This document shows positions 1-10,177 of a stretch of DNA of 64,000 nt, one piece after another. A program made the position numbers and the translations under genes. The notes beneath the pieces are model-generated. The model did not search any database. It was not told the origin of the DNA and saw only the letters and a program-made list of their open reading frames with translations. The stretch comes from Candidatus Aminicenantes bacterium (lineage in GTDB: Bacteria; Acidobacteriota; Aminicenantia; UBA2199), in assembly GCA_011049425.1 (NCBI GenBank), contig DSBM01000053.1, positions 3,689 to 67,688 on the forward strand, given 5' to 3'. Numbering within the stretch: the first letter of the stretch is position 1; the number at the start of each line of letters is the position of its first letter.

Positions 1-411
1 AAGCCATGGGGCCGAAAAAGACGACCATGTTGCGCTTCTCCATCAACCACCATAACAGGATGGACACGTCGGACGAACCAATCACCAACTTCGGTTCCGG
101 AATTACCAGGGCGTCCAGGTAAGGCAACAGCAGGTTGGCCCCGTATCCCCCCCGGGCCGCCCACAAAGCGCGGATATCCTTTGCGTTGAACAGGGCTTGT
201 AAATCCGCCACTACCGCCTGGGGCGGCTTGGCCACAAAATCACCGCGATCCATGATGTTTGGAACTTCAACGGGGATCCAATCCATGCGTTTCAATTCCG
301 CCAACCCTTTGCCGCGATAGGGCTCACGCACGGGTGACGAAGGCACGAACAGGCCGACCCGGTCTCCTGGACGCAATGGCGGAGGCTTAAATAAAGCTTT
401 GCGGGGATTCA
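1..411 (-). CDS. ldcA: LD-carboxypeptidase (peptidase S66, muramoyltetrapeptide carboxypeptidase); C-terminal part lies outside the window
   Basis: Reverse-strand translation from the ATG at 409-411 gives MNPRKALFKPPPLRPGDRVGLFVPSSPV...IRALWAARGGYGANLLLPYLD...GSSDVSILLW, typical LdcA N-terminal motifs. It is absent from the ORF track because it runs off the window edge. Confidence 0.7.
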
Positions 412-416
412 TGGCT

Positions 417-3400
417 TTACTCCCTTAAGCCCGCAACCAGGGGCAGGATCACCCGCACCCGGGTGCCTTCCCGGTGCCGCGATTCCACGCGTAGGTTCCC
501 TCCGTGCAGGTCGACGATGCGATGAATGATAAACATGCCCAGCCCGGTTCCGCTGTCCTTGGTTGAGTAATCCATTTCAAACATACGTTCCACTTCGGCT
601 GCATCCATCCCGGTCCCGTTGTCCTCAAAGATCAACTCCACGCTTGATTCCCGCTTTTGAAGAGCGATTTTGACTTCCCCCGGCCCTTCTCCCATGGCTT
701 CAACGGCATTGGAAAGGATGTTTTTAACCATCTGGCGGATCTTTACGGTATCCATGCGCACCATGAGACTGCGAGGCTTCAGGTTTAACTGAAACGTGAT
801 ACCCGGATAAACCTGGCGAAAGTGGTTCACTTCTTCTCTAAGCAGTTGCTCCAGTTGAAAATCCTCGGCTTCAATGGTGTCGAGGCGGGACAGGTCGAGA
901 AAACCGTAAGAGACCTTTTTCAAGTGTTCGGTTTCATCCACAATAAAGTCGACCGATTTGCGAATTGTCTCCTCATAACCCACGCGCTTGTCCTCGAGTG
1001 ATCGCCGGATCTGCTCCGCGGACAACTTGATGGGAGTCAAGGGATTCTTGACCTCATGGGCCACCCTGCGACCCAGATCAACCAGGGTTTTCATGCGTGA
1101 AATTTCAGAAATATTTCGTTTCTGTGCGGCAATGCCGCGGATCATTTTGTTGAAGCCGTTGTACAACGCCTCCAGCTCATGTTCCCTGGGCAAAGGCTTC
1201 AGTATGGGAAGCCCGCCTGTTTCCACCTTTGCCATGCCCTGGTTGAGTGTACGTATGGGATCAAGAATACGGTCACGGAAAAAAACGGCCACGGCCACCC
1301 CGATCAGGCCCATGAAAAAAATCATTACAATGATAAAGTCCGCGTAAGAATCTCCACCGCCGTACAGGCCGGGCCAAACGTCATTGAAATCTATGCGGAA
1401 CACCAGGTCGCCGTTGCGAAAATAAATCGTTTGTCCCTCTTCACGGCTGCGAAATACATATTTCTGGTTGCGCTGGTTGAGCAATTCCAGGACCCGGGAA
1501 TCCACATACCCGGGAATGCGCCCGCGCAGGATCTGCCGGATATCCGAGGTGAACTCGCGTTCTCCGCTACGGAAAACCGTTACATCCGCATTGATCATGC
1601 GCGACAGGAAAAAGACCTGATTGCGGGATAATCCCTCTCTAACACCCATCATGCTGTTGACGATGTTCTGGGCCGTGCGTCCCTGGTCAAACGTATGGCG
1701 CATGCGCTCCCGCTGCAGCGAATTGCGATGAAAGTTCAACGAGAACAGGGAGAAAATTACCCCGGTGAACAGGACGATCAGCACGAGAATGGCAAAAACC
1801 CGCACGGAAAAAGAATGGGTCAGCCGCTTCCAGGGAATCACCGGCAACGACTTTAAAGCCGGCAGCATGGACAGGGCCAGAAAAAACAGCAGCAGGCGAA
1901 TCCACACCGCCAGGCGACCCAGCAGGGATGGCAGGCGATAGTAGATCATGATGGGGTCCGCCCCTCCGGTAAACACGTATCCGGCAAACAAGGCATTCTC
2001 ATGCTTGAAACGCACCCAGCGCCCGTCATGGCGAAACAGATCACTGACGTCCTGAAGGTTGACCTGCCCGGGGTTTTCCAGCACCTCCCGGTCCCGATTC
2101 AACTTTATGTAGTTCATGGGCGTCGGTCCCAGGCGCGGATCCAGAGCGAAAATATTTCGTTCATCTTGCTGGCGCAGGATCAGTTCAGGTGAATTGAGTA
2201 CCTGGATCACGATAAAACCCAAGTGGCGCCCCCGTTGAGATACGGAAATCGAGGCCCTTGCCATGGCGATCTCACGACCGTAGAGGCGCGCCCGCGCGTC
2301 TTCAACCGCCCAGACCGGGAAAAAACGTGGGGATTCATCCGGGACGTAGGGGATCTGGTGAGAGAACTGCCTGGCTACCTGCATATCGGGAGACAGGATG
2401 GTAATGCTGGAAGGAATGCTTTCCCTGGCCGCAAGCGTGTTGCGCCAGAGGTCACGCAGCGCGGTATCCCCCTCCATAGCGAAGAACAGGGAAAGGTCGG
2501 GTCCGGCCATATTCATTTCATGTACGATCTCACGGGCGATCAACTTGGCATAGTTCCCCTGGTTCAGAAAAATATGCCGCAGGTTGTTGGTGATAAACTC
2601 CCGCTTATTGGCTTCATCCCGGGTGGTGGTCAGCGAAAAGATCGACAATGCCAGCAAACCCATCACCAATACGCGCCGCAATATTCCCGGTCGTATAAGC
2701 AGCATGGCCGGAACCATGGCGGCGGTCAGGGCGAAAGGAACCAGCAGCGGAGGCCAAAGCCAGGACACTACCGCCACGACAGCCACCTGGAAAACCAACA
2801 GTCCCGCCCGGGCGGAAAACCGTGAAGGGAAACGCACCCGGTGGAGTCGCGGCAATGGAAAAACCTGCCACAAAAACAGGGTGATTACCAAGGCCAGAAA
2901 CTCTGGTTGCAGGCTAAAGGTGCCAAGATAAAAAGAGACGCGCTGTACCAAAGCATATCCGCCCCACACCGCGGCGATCAACGCCCCGTCGGTCAGAATC
3001 ACCGCCGGCTTGAACGGAATGGGTCGCCCCACCCGCGCAAAGGCCGGGAACAGCAGCCACAAACTCAGGGCCAGAACCTGGAACACCGACACCAGCGAAA
3101 GTCCGTCGACCTGGATCAGCACGGAGCCCCGGCTCCAGAAAGAAACCAGTAAAGCCGCGCCCAGCGTCAGCAACAGCGAGATCAAAGCGCTCAGCCAAAG
3201 GGTATACGAGCTCCTGCGGCGGGAAAGTCCCAGCAGCATCAGAATCAGGGCAAAAGCAGCGGGAAAGGCGGCCTTAAACAAATAGCGTTGCCGCAAATGC
3301 TGCAGCACCTGGTTGTGAACGACTTTGATATTCAGGACCAGGCGACCCTGCGCGGCACGCAGCGGCACACTGATAATATACACACCGGATAAGTCGTCGT

Positions 3401-3938
3401 AATCGTATTGATCCCGCGCTTGAGGAGGCGGGTTGCGCAGAATCAACAATTCGTACTGGGCCAGGGGCAAGTCAAAGCGACCCGGGATAAAATCGGGCGT
3501 CTCCTGGAGCAGCGGTGCAATGTAACGCAAATTGCCGCCGGCCTCCACCATCATGAAGATGCAATCGCCACGCCGTTCCAATCCCCAATCGCTTTTACCG
3601 CCGCTGAAAACCACTGGAGAGACAAAGACACTGCCGAAATACCATTGAATTCGTCCCTCCACCAGGCGGACCAGGGCCTCCCGGGGAAGCGGGTCCGGAA
3701 AATCCTTCCCGTCACGGAAAAGCGCGGCCAATTTGCGCGACCGCTCACGGATGGCCTGCATGCGCTCCTGCAGTAAGGCGTCACTTTCCGTTATCTGCGT
3801 GCGGATGCGGGCAACGACTTTTTCCTGAGATACGGAGGGAGCGAACGCAAAAACCCATACACCCGCCAGCAACAACAGGACCGCGGCCGGTAGCAGCCAG
3901 GCTACAAGCGGACGCCTTTTAGATAGTAGAGTTTCCAT
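417..3938 (-). CDS. Large multi-domain sensor histidine kinase (periplasmic domains, two multi-TM blocks, HAMP, HisKA, HATPase_c)
   Basis: 1173-aa ORF. The C-terminus has the H-box VAHEVKNPLTPI and the ATPase motifs DNGTGMD and GTGLGMFIIHRIV. Many hydrophobic helices, and a HAMP-like segment before the H-box. Confidence 0.8.
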   Translation of the reverse strand: METLLSKRRPLVAWLLPAAVLLLLAGVWVFAFAPSVSQEKVVARIRTQITESDALLQERMQAIRERSRKLAALFRDGKDFPDPLPREALVRLVEGRIQWYFGSVFVSPVVFSGGKSDWGLERRGDCIFMMVEAGGNLRYIAPLLQETPDFIPGRFDLPLAQYELLILRNPPPQARDQYDYDDLSGVYIISVPLRAAQGRLVLNIKVVHNQVLQHLRQRYLFKAAFPAAFALILMLLGLSRRRSSYTLWLSALISLLLTLGAALLVSFWSRGSVLIQVDGLSLVSVFQVLALSLWLLFPAFARVGRPIPFKPAVILTDGALIAAVWGGYALVQRVSFYLGTFSLQPEFLALVITLFLWQVFPLPRLHRVRFPSRFSARAGLLVFQVAVVAVVSWLWPPLLVPFALTAAMVPAMLLIRPGILRRVLVMGLLALSIFSLTTTRDEANKREFITNNLRHIFLNQGNYAKLIAREIVHEMNMAGPDLSLFFAMEGDTALRDLWRNTLAARESIPSSITILSPDMQVARQFSHQIPYVPDESPRFFPVWAVEDARARLYGREIAMARASISVSQRGRHLGFIVIQVLNSPELILRQQDERNIFALDPRLGPTPMNYIKLNRDREVLENPGQVNLQDVSDLFRHDGRWVRFKHENALFAGYVFTGGADPIMIYYRLPSLLGRLAVWIRLLLFFLALSMLPALKSLPVIPWKRLTHSFSVRVFAILVLIVLFTGVIFSLFSLNFHRNSLQRERMRHTFDQGRTAQNIVNSMMGVREGLSRNQVFFLSRMINADVTVFRSGEREFTSDIRQILRGRIPGYVDSRVLELLNQRNQKYVFRSREEGQTIYFRNGDLVFRIDFNDVWPGLYGGGDSYADFIIVMIFFMGLIGVAVAVFFRDRILDPIRTLNQGMAKVETGGLPILKPLPREHELEALYNGFNKMIRGIAAQKRNISEISRMKTLVDLGRRVAHEVKNPLTPIKLSAEQIRRSLEDKRVGYEETIRKSVDFIVDETEHLKKVSYGFLDLSRLDTIEAEDFQLEQLLREEVNHFRQVYPGITFQLNLKPRSLMVRMDTVKIRQMVKNILSNAVEAMGEGPGEVKIALQKRESSVELIFEDNGTGMDAAEVERMFEMDYSTKDSGTGLGMFIIHRIVDLHGGNLRVESRHREGTRVRVILPLVAGLRE

Positions 3939-4288
3939 TCCGGATCGCGACGGATAAAAAAGATGAATTTGTACATCACCGTGCGTTGAATACGGCGGTG
4001 GGTCAAATTCACGTTAAGAGACTGGATGGCATAGTTTTCCTCAATGTAGTTGGACGACCATTCCAGTTGCTCTACTTCGTAATCGCTCAACCGTGCAGAG
4101 AACTCGCGCACGAAACGAGGTGAACGCAAAAAACCGTTCAGGGTGAAGGGTTCCTCCATCTTAACCGACACCCGGGCGGCACAGATGGAATGCAGGCGGG
4201 AAAAATCATGGGCGTCGAATGCTTCCTGGACGGGTTGGAGTAAGAGGAATTGCTGCACCGCCACCGCCAGTGCAATCCAGATGCGCAT
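3902..4288 (-). CDS. Small secreted hypothetical protein immediately upstream of the kinase gene, overlapping it
   Basis: ORF 3902..4312; probable start MRIWIALAVAV with a signal-peptide-like N-terminus. No recognisable domain. Overlaps the kinase start by 36 nt. Confidence 0.4.
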   Translation of the reverse strand: MRIWIALAVAVQQFLLLQPVQEAFDAHDFSRLHSICAARVSVKMEEPFTLNGFLRSPRFVREFSARLSDYEVEQLEWSSNYIEENYAIQSLNVNLTHRRIQRTVMYKFIFFIRRDPEWKLYYLKGVRL

Positions 4289-4308
4289 CGCTGCTTCTCC
4301 CTCCCCGG

Positions 4309-4821
4309 TCAATAATGAAGCTGGGAGTTAACGGGATACCGACTGATCCGTTCCCGCCCCTTTAGAAAATCCAGCTCGATCAGGAACTCCACCCCAACCA
4401 CCTTTCCTTTCAAGCGTTCCACCAGACGGATGGACGCCAGCGCCGTACCGCCTGTGGCCAGAAGGTCGTCAACAATTACCACGTGATCGTTCTCGATGAT
4501 GCTGTCGCTGTGGATCTCCAGGGCATTGGTTCCGTATTCGAGCGTGTACTCTTCGCGAATCGTATCCGCCGGCAGTTTATCGGCTTTGCGGGCCAGGACC
4601 AAACCGCAACCCAGGCGGCGGGCCATGGCTCCACCGAAAATGAAACCCCGGGATTCAATGGCCACTATTTTATCGACGGAACCGTTCGCATAGGGGCGGG
4701 TCATCTGTTCCAAGGTCAAGTCAAATGCCCCTGCATCCATCAGCAGGGGGGTGATGTCTTTAAAAATGATCCCCGGTTTGGGAAAATCTGGAATATCCCG
4801 GATAAATGATTCAAGTTGCAT
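4309..4821 (-). CDS. apt: Adenine phosphoribosyltransferase
   Basis: From internal Met MQLESFIRDIPDFPKPGIIFKDITPLL...VVIVDDLLATGGT (PRPP-binding motif). Classic Apt, ~170 aa. Confidence 0.9.
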   Translation of the reverse strand: MQLESFIRDIPDFPKPGIIFKDITPLLMDAGAFDLTLEQMTRPYANGSVDKIVAIESRGFIFGGAMARRLGCGLVLARKADKLPADTIREEYTLEYGTNALEIHSDSIIENDHVVIVDDLLATGGTALASIRLVERLKGKVVGVEFLIELDFLKGRERISRYPVNSQLHY

Positions 4822-4898
4822 TTGCACCTCCTGAAAGCCGGATCGATCTCGATTCACTGCATTCGTGCGCATTCATCTTACTCTAAACCGGCCGGAAA

Positions 4899-5657
4899 TC
4901 AAATATCAGTGTTTTTCGGATATGTGTGTTGATCAATGCAAAACGGCACTTCCAGGTCATTGGCTTCCAGCAGCTCCTTGCGGGCGAACAGCTCCCGGGG
5001 CGTTCCCGCGCTGATCACCATGCCGCGGTTCATCAGCACAACCCGGTTACAGATCCGCATCACCATCTCCAGGTCGTGGGTGGCGATAACCCGGGTGGCG
5101 TCAAGATCACCGATGCGTTGCAGAAGGCGCCTGCGGCTGCCCGGATCCAGACTGACCATGGGCTCATCCAGGACAACGATAGCGGGACGCATGACCAGAA
5201 CCGTCGCCAACGCCGCTTTCTTTTTCTCGCCGAGGCTCAGGTGAAGCGGTGAGCGCTCCCGCAATTCCCACAGGCCCATCTCACGCAATACGGCTTCCGC
5301 CCGCTCCCCAGCCTCTGCTTCCGCCAATCCGAAATTCAGGGGACCGAACAGCACATCATCCATCAGCGTGGGCATGAAGAGTTGATGATCGGGATTCTGA
5401 AAAACCATCCCCACTTGGCGGCGCACGGCTTCCAGTCGGCCCCGCTCCACGACCATGCCGGCTACGCAAACCTCTCCCTGTCCGCGCAACACTCCATTGA
5501 TGTGCCGCAGCAGGGTGGATTTGCCGGCACCGTTTGGCCCCACTATGCCCAGACAATCCCCTTCCTGAACCCGCAATGACACGGAATTCAGACCGGGGGT
5601 CCCGTCAGGGTAATTAAAGGAGATATCCCGGATATCAATAATCGCCTGGCTGTTCAT
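4899..5657 (-). CDS. ECF transporter ATPase (EcfA/CbiO/BioM type ABC ATP-binding protein)
   Basis: Walker A GPNGAGKST, signature LSLGEKKK, Walker B VLDEP. Start taken at the internal MNSQAIIDIRDISFNY. Confidence 0.85.
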   Translation of the reverse strand: MNSQAIIDIRDISFNYPDGTPGLNSVSLRVQEGDCLGIVGPNGAGKSTLLRHINGVLRGQGEVCVAGMVVERGRLEAVRRQVGMVFQNPDHQLFMPTLMDDVLFGPLNFGLAEAEAGERAEAVLREMGLWELRERSPLHLSLGEKKKAALATVLVMRPAIVVLDEPMVSLDPGSRRRLLQRIGDLDATRVIATHDLEMVMRICNRVVLMNRGMVISAGTPRELFARKELLEANDLEVPFCIDQHTYPKNTDI

Positions 5658-6358
5658 AACGCGGCCACCACCACTATCGCCATTGCATATACGGGAAGAA
5701 ACAGCCACGCCTGACCCGGTATACGGGAACGCGACATTCGCAGCGGTCCCCCGCTATAGCCCCGGGAGACCAGGGCGGCGTGCTGATGAAAATGGAACTC
5801 GATTACTCCCAGCAGGAAGTGCCGCGTCAAGGGCGCCACCAGCGCCACGCGGCGTCGTCGGGAAAGGCGTCTGCCACTACGGGAACGCACGGCGTCCAGT
5901 GTGTCCCGGGCTTCGCGGCCCAGGCGGATCACCGACTGCAATGCCAGGGTGACAACCGAAACCACGATCGCCGGGGCCCGCAACTGGCCCAATGCAGCCA
6001 GGAATTCCCGCATACCCGCACCGCCCCAAACCAGGGCGGCGGCGCTGATGGTGACCACCGTTCGCATCATCAAATCGGCAAACACCTTGCCGCGTGCGGC
6101 CCCGCCCAGGGTTCCGAACAACCAGATCATCAACCCGAGTGCCACCATGAACGGCAGGGCACAAAGCAACATGCGCCCTGCCCTTTTCCAGGCCCGCTTT
6201 CCATGCGGAACCAGGACGGCCGCCAGGACAAAAACAAAGAGAAAGCGCGGCCACTCATCGCGGGGGATCCACAACAGGGCCGCATACAGCATCAGGAACG
6301 AAAGCAAGCGCATGCCGGGCCCCGGATAATCACCCGTAGTTGATCCCTGCCGGCTCAT
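5654..6358 (-). CDS. ECF transporter transmembrane T component (EcfT/CbiQ/BioN type)
   Basis: Multi-TM protein positioned between the S component and the ATPase. Overlapping start and stop with its neighbours. CbiQ-like hydrophobic profile and the Arg-rich loop ARDTLDAVRSR. Confidence 0.75.
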   Translation of the reverse strand: MSRQGSTTGDYPGPGMRLLSFLMLYAALLWIPRDEWPRFLFVFVLAAVLVPHGKRAWKRAGRMLLCALPFMVALGLMIWLFGTLGGAARGKVFADLMMRTVVTISAAALVWGGAGMREFLAALGQLRAPAIVVSVVTLALQSVIRLGREARDTLDAVRSRSGRRLSRRRRVALVAPLTRHFLLGVIEFHFHQHAALVSRGYSGGPLRMSRSRIPGQAWLFLPVYAMAIVVVAAL

Positions 6359-6365
6359 CTTGAGG

Positions 6366-6923
6366 CTACTCCGGTTGGGGAATAAACTGCAGCCGGGACT
6401 CCACAATGCGGATCAGGGGCGGCAGGGTAACGATCATGATCACGATCCCCGGAGCGCCCCGCACCACGGACACCAACCCCAGCACGCCCCGGGGAAGGTC
6501 CAGCCAGGTGGCCACTGCCAGCACCGCTCCCAACAGCACCAGGCGGTCCGCCAGCAATACCAGGATCACCGTGGCCCGTATGCTGAAACGCGAAAGCAGG
6601 TAGAGTCGGCGGGCCAGCAGTACCATAACGGCCCCTTCCAGGGCCATGATCCAGGCCACGGGTGGAAAGAACGGCGGCATCCCGGTCAAAACCGCGGAAA
6701 CCAGGGGAGAAAGTATGCCCACCGTCAGGCCCACGGGCCAGGCAGTCAGGCACCCGGCCATGATGATGGGTGGAAACATGGGCAGGAACTGGCTGCCCAT
6801 ACCCACGGCATGAAACACGATGGGAAGGACAAGGGCCACGGCCATAAAGAGCCCGCCCAGCAGCATGTCACGCCCCGAATAGCGGTATGTGTTGCGAACC
6901 GGATGATTCTGTAATGAGTCCAT
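6366..6923 (-). CDS. ECF transporter substrate-capture S component (BioY-like size, 185 aa, ~6 TM)
   Basis: Small polytopic membrane protein first in an S-T-A operon with a single ATPase gene. This is the dedicated-module architecture, as in BioYNM. Substrate is not assignable from sequence. Confidence 0.6.
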   Translation of the reverse strand: MDSLQNHPVRNTYRYSGRDMLLGGLFMAVALVLPIVFHAVGMGSQFLPMFPPIIMAGCLTAWPVGLTVGILSPLVSAVLTGMPPFFPPVAWIMALEGAVMVLLARRLYLLSRFSIRATVILVLLADRLVLLGAVLAVATWLDLPRGVLGLVSVVRGAPGIVIMIVTLPPLIRIVESRLQFIPQPE

Positions 6924-6998
6924 GATGCTCCTGATTATACACTTACGGAAAAAAAGTTGGAACCCAACTTTTCAGCTTTTCAACCTTTCAACTCTTAT

Positions 6999-9083
6999 CT
7001 ACGCCCGCCAATAGGTCGCGTAATCTTTGGGACCGGGCACATCAATGGCAAAAAAGCCGTCCTGGGGCAGGATTTGCAGCACACGACCGTCACGCCGCCA
7101 CTCCAGGTTCAATTCAAACCGATCCCCCACAGCCAGGTTGAGCGCATCCAACGCCAGCTCACATTCGATAACGGAACCGACCGCACCATTTCCAAAGCCG
7201 GGCTCGGGCGGAAGCACCAATTTGCGTACGGCCCCTCCGGGCAGGCGCAATCCCAACCGCAACTGTTCTTTGCGATGCAAACGCTCCTTTGCCTGATCGC
7301 GGGTGTCCACGCGAAGAAAGAAACGCCCGTCACCAAATCCGTAATACACTGCAACCAGTACCGATTCACCGGTATTCATGACGCCTTGTCCGGCATGGAT
7401 GTTCAAACGCCCGGCATCCCGCCACTCGAAAAAGTGGGTCACTTCCCCATCCAGAACCGGGTTCAACGGACGAATGGGGGGACGCGCCTTTATCAGGGAC
7501 TCATCCATTGCCGACGAAATCGGCATAATCAACTCCGTGGGTGGTTCAGTGCCGGTCAACTCGTATACCCGGCGTAGGTTGAGGCGAAATAAGCGATCAA
7601 ACACCTCCAGATCCCCGGTATGGTGCTCCGGACCAAACCACCAGAACCAGTCGCTGCCCTGGGCCACGTCCAGACAGTACTGCGCCTCTGCCGTTTCATG
7701 CTCGGAAAGTTGGTCTTTGTTGCGGATAAAATGATCCCTTGTGCGCTGGAGTTGTTTCCAGGCACGACGATCACTCTCGTCACCGATCCAGATATCAAAG
7801 TTCCCGTTGATCCACGAACCCGGGGACAGACTCCGCAGGCGTTCCGCCTTCATGGAAACCGCTTCACTCAGGGTCACGGCTTCCACCTGTTCATCCCGCT
7901 GAAGACGCGCCAGCAGATTGCGAAGGAAGGCCCGGCCGTTGTCGGGGTAGTGTTCCCAGGGATTCTCCCCGTCCAGGAACACACCCACCACCGCATCCTT
8001 GACCTGTTGACCAATTTCCCGCAAACGCAACATGAAATCCTCAACCGCTTCCTGAGGGTTCATTTTCTGGTAATGGAATCCAATCCGGTCGGAAAGATCG
8101 TGGTCGCGAAACAGGATGCGCAGTTCCCGTTTCCCCGCGATCCAGGGACGGTAGAGATGCTTATCACGCAAACCACTCCAATCCGCGTCTTTCCCGGGAT
8201 TCAAAGACCGCGCCAGGTTGATTTCGTCACTGGCCGTCCAGGTCACGCCGAGATCCTGAAAAAGATCCAGTACTTTCTCACTGAGACTCCCCTCGGAAGG
8301 CCATATTCCACGGGGCCGAACCCCGAAATGATGCTGCATGAAATCCAGCGCGTCCTGCACATGACGGCGGGCGTCGCCCTCCCAGTTAAAATCCAGATCA
8401 TAAAGCGGCAGTGTCGGATTGGCCACCCGGCCCACACGGGGATCCAGCAGCAGCGGCAGGATGGCATGGGTCATGGGCGAAGTCGACACCTCAACCAGGC
8501 CCTTTGACTCTAAATCGCGCCAGGCGGGGATCACGCCGGCCAGATGGTCGTGCTGCGCCTCGAAAAGCATGATCTTATCGGCCTCGGAAAAGCCGCGCCC
8601 CTTTTCGCGCAGACCCTGCACACGTTCGTCCGCCCGGGCGCGATCCGCATCAAACCAGGCCAGAGTCGACCAGACCTGCAGATCCCGCCAATCAGCGCTG
8701 GTTCCATTGCCTTGAGCCAATTCGCTTCGACGCGAATACAGCTCCTGGTAACGCGGAAATGGCTGGATCATGTGGACGGGATGCAATGAAAAAAAATGGC
8801 GCGCCATTAAAGTCTTTTCAACAGCATCCAGATCCGCCGCCGGTTTCTGCGCCACTTCCTGGAAGCGATCAATCTCTCCCGCCAGGTGTTTTTTTAACTG
8901 CAGCAACAGGCTGGGTACCAGGTTGACAGTGGAACGGACTCCGGGAAATTCGCCCAGCACCCCGGCCATACCACTGTAGTCTTTGATTCCGTGCAAACGC
9001 ACCCAAGGCAGTTCCGCTCTTCCGGAGAAGGGATTTACATACACCGGCTGGTGCATGTGCCACAACAAGGCAACGCGGATCAT
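6999..9083 (-). CDS. Glycoside hydrolase family 57 protein (alpha-glucan acting)
   Basis: From the internal start MIRVALLWHMHQPVYVNP, the GH57 N-terminal signature. ~694 aa with a C-terminal extension. RBS-less ATG at 9081-9083. Confidence 0.8.
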   Translation of the reverse strand: MIRVALLWHMHQPVYVNPFSGRAELPWVRLHGIKDYSGMAGVLGEFPGVRSTVNLVPSLLLQLKKHLAGEIDRFQEVAQKPAADLDAVEKTLMARHFFSLHPVHMIQPFPRYQELYSRRSELAQGNGTSADWRDLQVWSTLAWFDADRARADERVQGLREKGRGFSEADKIMLFEAQHDHLAGVIPAWRDLESKGLVEVSTSPMTHAILPLLLDPRVGRVANPTLPLYDLDFNWEGDARRHVQDALDFMQHHFGVRPRGIWPSEGSLSEKVLDLFQDLGVTWTASDEINLARSLNPGKDADWSGLRDKHLYRPWIAGKRELRILFRDHDLSDRIGFHYQKMNPQEAVEDFMLRLREIGQQVKDAVVGVFLDGENPWEHYPDNGRAFLRNLLARLQRDEQVEAVTLSEAVSMKAERLRSLSPGSWINGNFDIWIGDESDRRAWKQLQRTRDHFIRNKDQLSEHETAEAQYCLDVAQGSDWFWWFGPEHHTGDLEVFDRLFRLNLRRVYELTGTEPPTELIMPISSAMDESLIKARPPIRPLNPVLDGEVTHFFEWRDAGRLNIHAGQGVMNTGESVLVAVYYGFGDGRFFLRVDTRDQAKERLHRKEQLRLGLRLPGGAVRKLVLPPEPGFGNGAVGSVIECELALDALNLAVGDRFELNLEWRRDGRVLQILPQDGFFAIDVPGPKDYATYWRA

Positions 9084-9093
9084 AATAAAACAG

Positions 9094-9498
9094 TCAGCCG
9101 CTCTTCTGACAAAACTCCACCAGAACGCCGCCCAGACTCTTGGGATGGGCGAACGCAATGCGGGAACCATGCGCGCCCGGACGGGGTTCACTGTTCAGCA
9201 TGCGCACGCCCTTTTGCTCCATTTCCTTAATCTGAGCGGCGGCGTCATCCACGCCAAAAGCGATGTGGTGGATGCCGCCGCCTTTTTTCTCCAGGAATTG
9301 GGAAATGGGTGATTCCGGATTGAGGGGCTCCAGCAACTCAATGTGCACACCATCGACACTGAACATGGCCACTTTTACTCTCTGGTCAGGGACTTCTTCC
9401 GTTCCCAGAAAGGTCAACCCCAGAACATCCCGGTAATGAGAAACAGCGCTTTCCAGGTCTTTAACGGCGATGGCGATATGATCGATTTTCTGAATCAT
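9094..9498 (-). CDS. mce: Methylmalonyl-CoA epimerase (VOC/glyoxalase fold)
   Basis: MIQKIDHIAIAVKDLESAV...HIELLEP...GGGIHHIAFGVDD. Conserved metal-binding His/Glu pattern of Mce. Confidence 0.75.
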   Translation of the reverse strand: MIQKIDHIAIAVKDLESAVSHYRDVLGLTFLGTEEVPDQRVKVAMFSVDGVHIELLEPLNPESPISQFLEKKGGGIHHIAFGVDDAAAQIKEMEQKGVRMLNSEPRPGAHGSRIAFAHPKSLGGVLVEFCQKSG

Positions 9499-9650
9499 CC
9501 GAACCTCCATAAAAACAGTTCCCCATCATATGCAAAACCCGTTTCGAAATCAACCTTAGCGGATCAACCAAACCTGCGCATCATTCAACCTGGATTTGTT
9601 AAATTGAACACGTATTGGACAAACATGCCCAAATTGGTTATAGTTACACC

Positions 9651-10166
9651 ATGTCTCTTCCGCTTCAATCTCATAATCGGGTTCTTAAGTGGAAAGCGGT
9701 CATACCGGCTGCCCTCATGATTGCAATCGGCGCCCATGGCTGCCGATCCGTGGATACCTCCGGTTTTTCGATATCGGGAATGGAGCAGTTGGTGTTTCAA
9801 AAAGTCAACGAGCATCGCACCTCCCAGGGTCTTTCGGATTTGGAATGGAAATCGGATGTGGCTGACCTGGCCCGCAGCCACAGCCGGGACATGGCCGAAG
9901 GCACGGTTCCGTTCGGCCACGCCGGATTCAATGACCGCGTTTCACAACTGTCCAGGTTGTTCAGAGTCAGTGCCGCCGCCGAAAATGTGGGCCTGACATC
10001 CAACCTCGACTCACCGGCCCAGGTGGTGGTGGACGCCTGGATCGCCAATCCCACCCACAAGGAAAATATCGAAGACGATTTCAATACAACCGGGGTGGGC
10101 GTTGCCCGCAACGCCTCCAGTGATACCTGGTACTTCACCCAAATCTACGTCAAACTCCGGCCTTGA
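9651..10166 (+). CDS. CAP/SCP (PR-1-like) domain secreted lipoprotein
   Basis: Lipobox AIGAHGC, then the CAP-domain motifs EHRTSQGL, HSRDM, and the C-terminal GHYTQIV-like TWYFTQIYV. Confidence 0.7.
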   Translation: MSLPLQSHNRVLKWKAVIPAALMIAIGAHGCRSVDTSGFSISGMEQLVFQKVNEHRTSQGLSDLEWKSDVADLARSHSRDMAEGTVPFGHAGFNDRVSQLSRLFRVSAAAENVGLTSNLDSPAQVVVDAWIANPTHKENIEDDFNTTGVGVARNASSDTWYFTQIYVKLRP

Positions 10167-10177
10167 GGGCCACCGAG

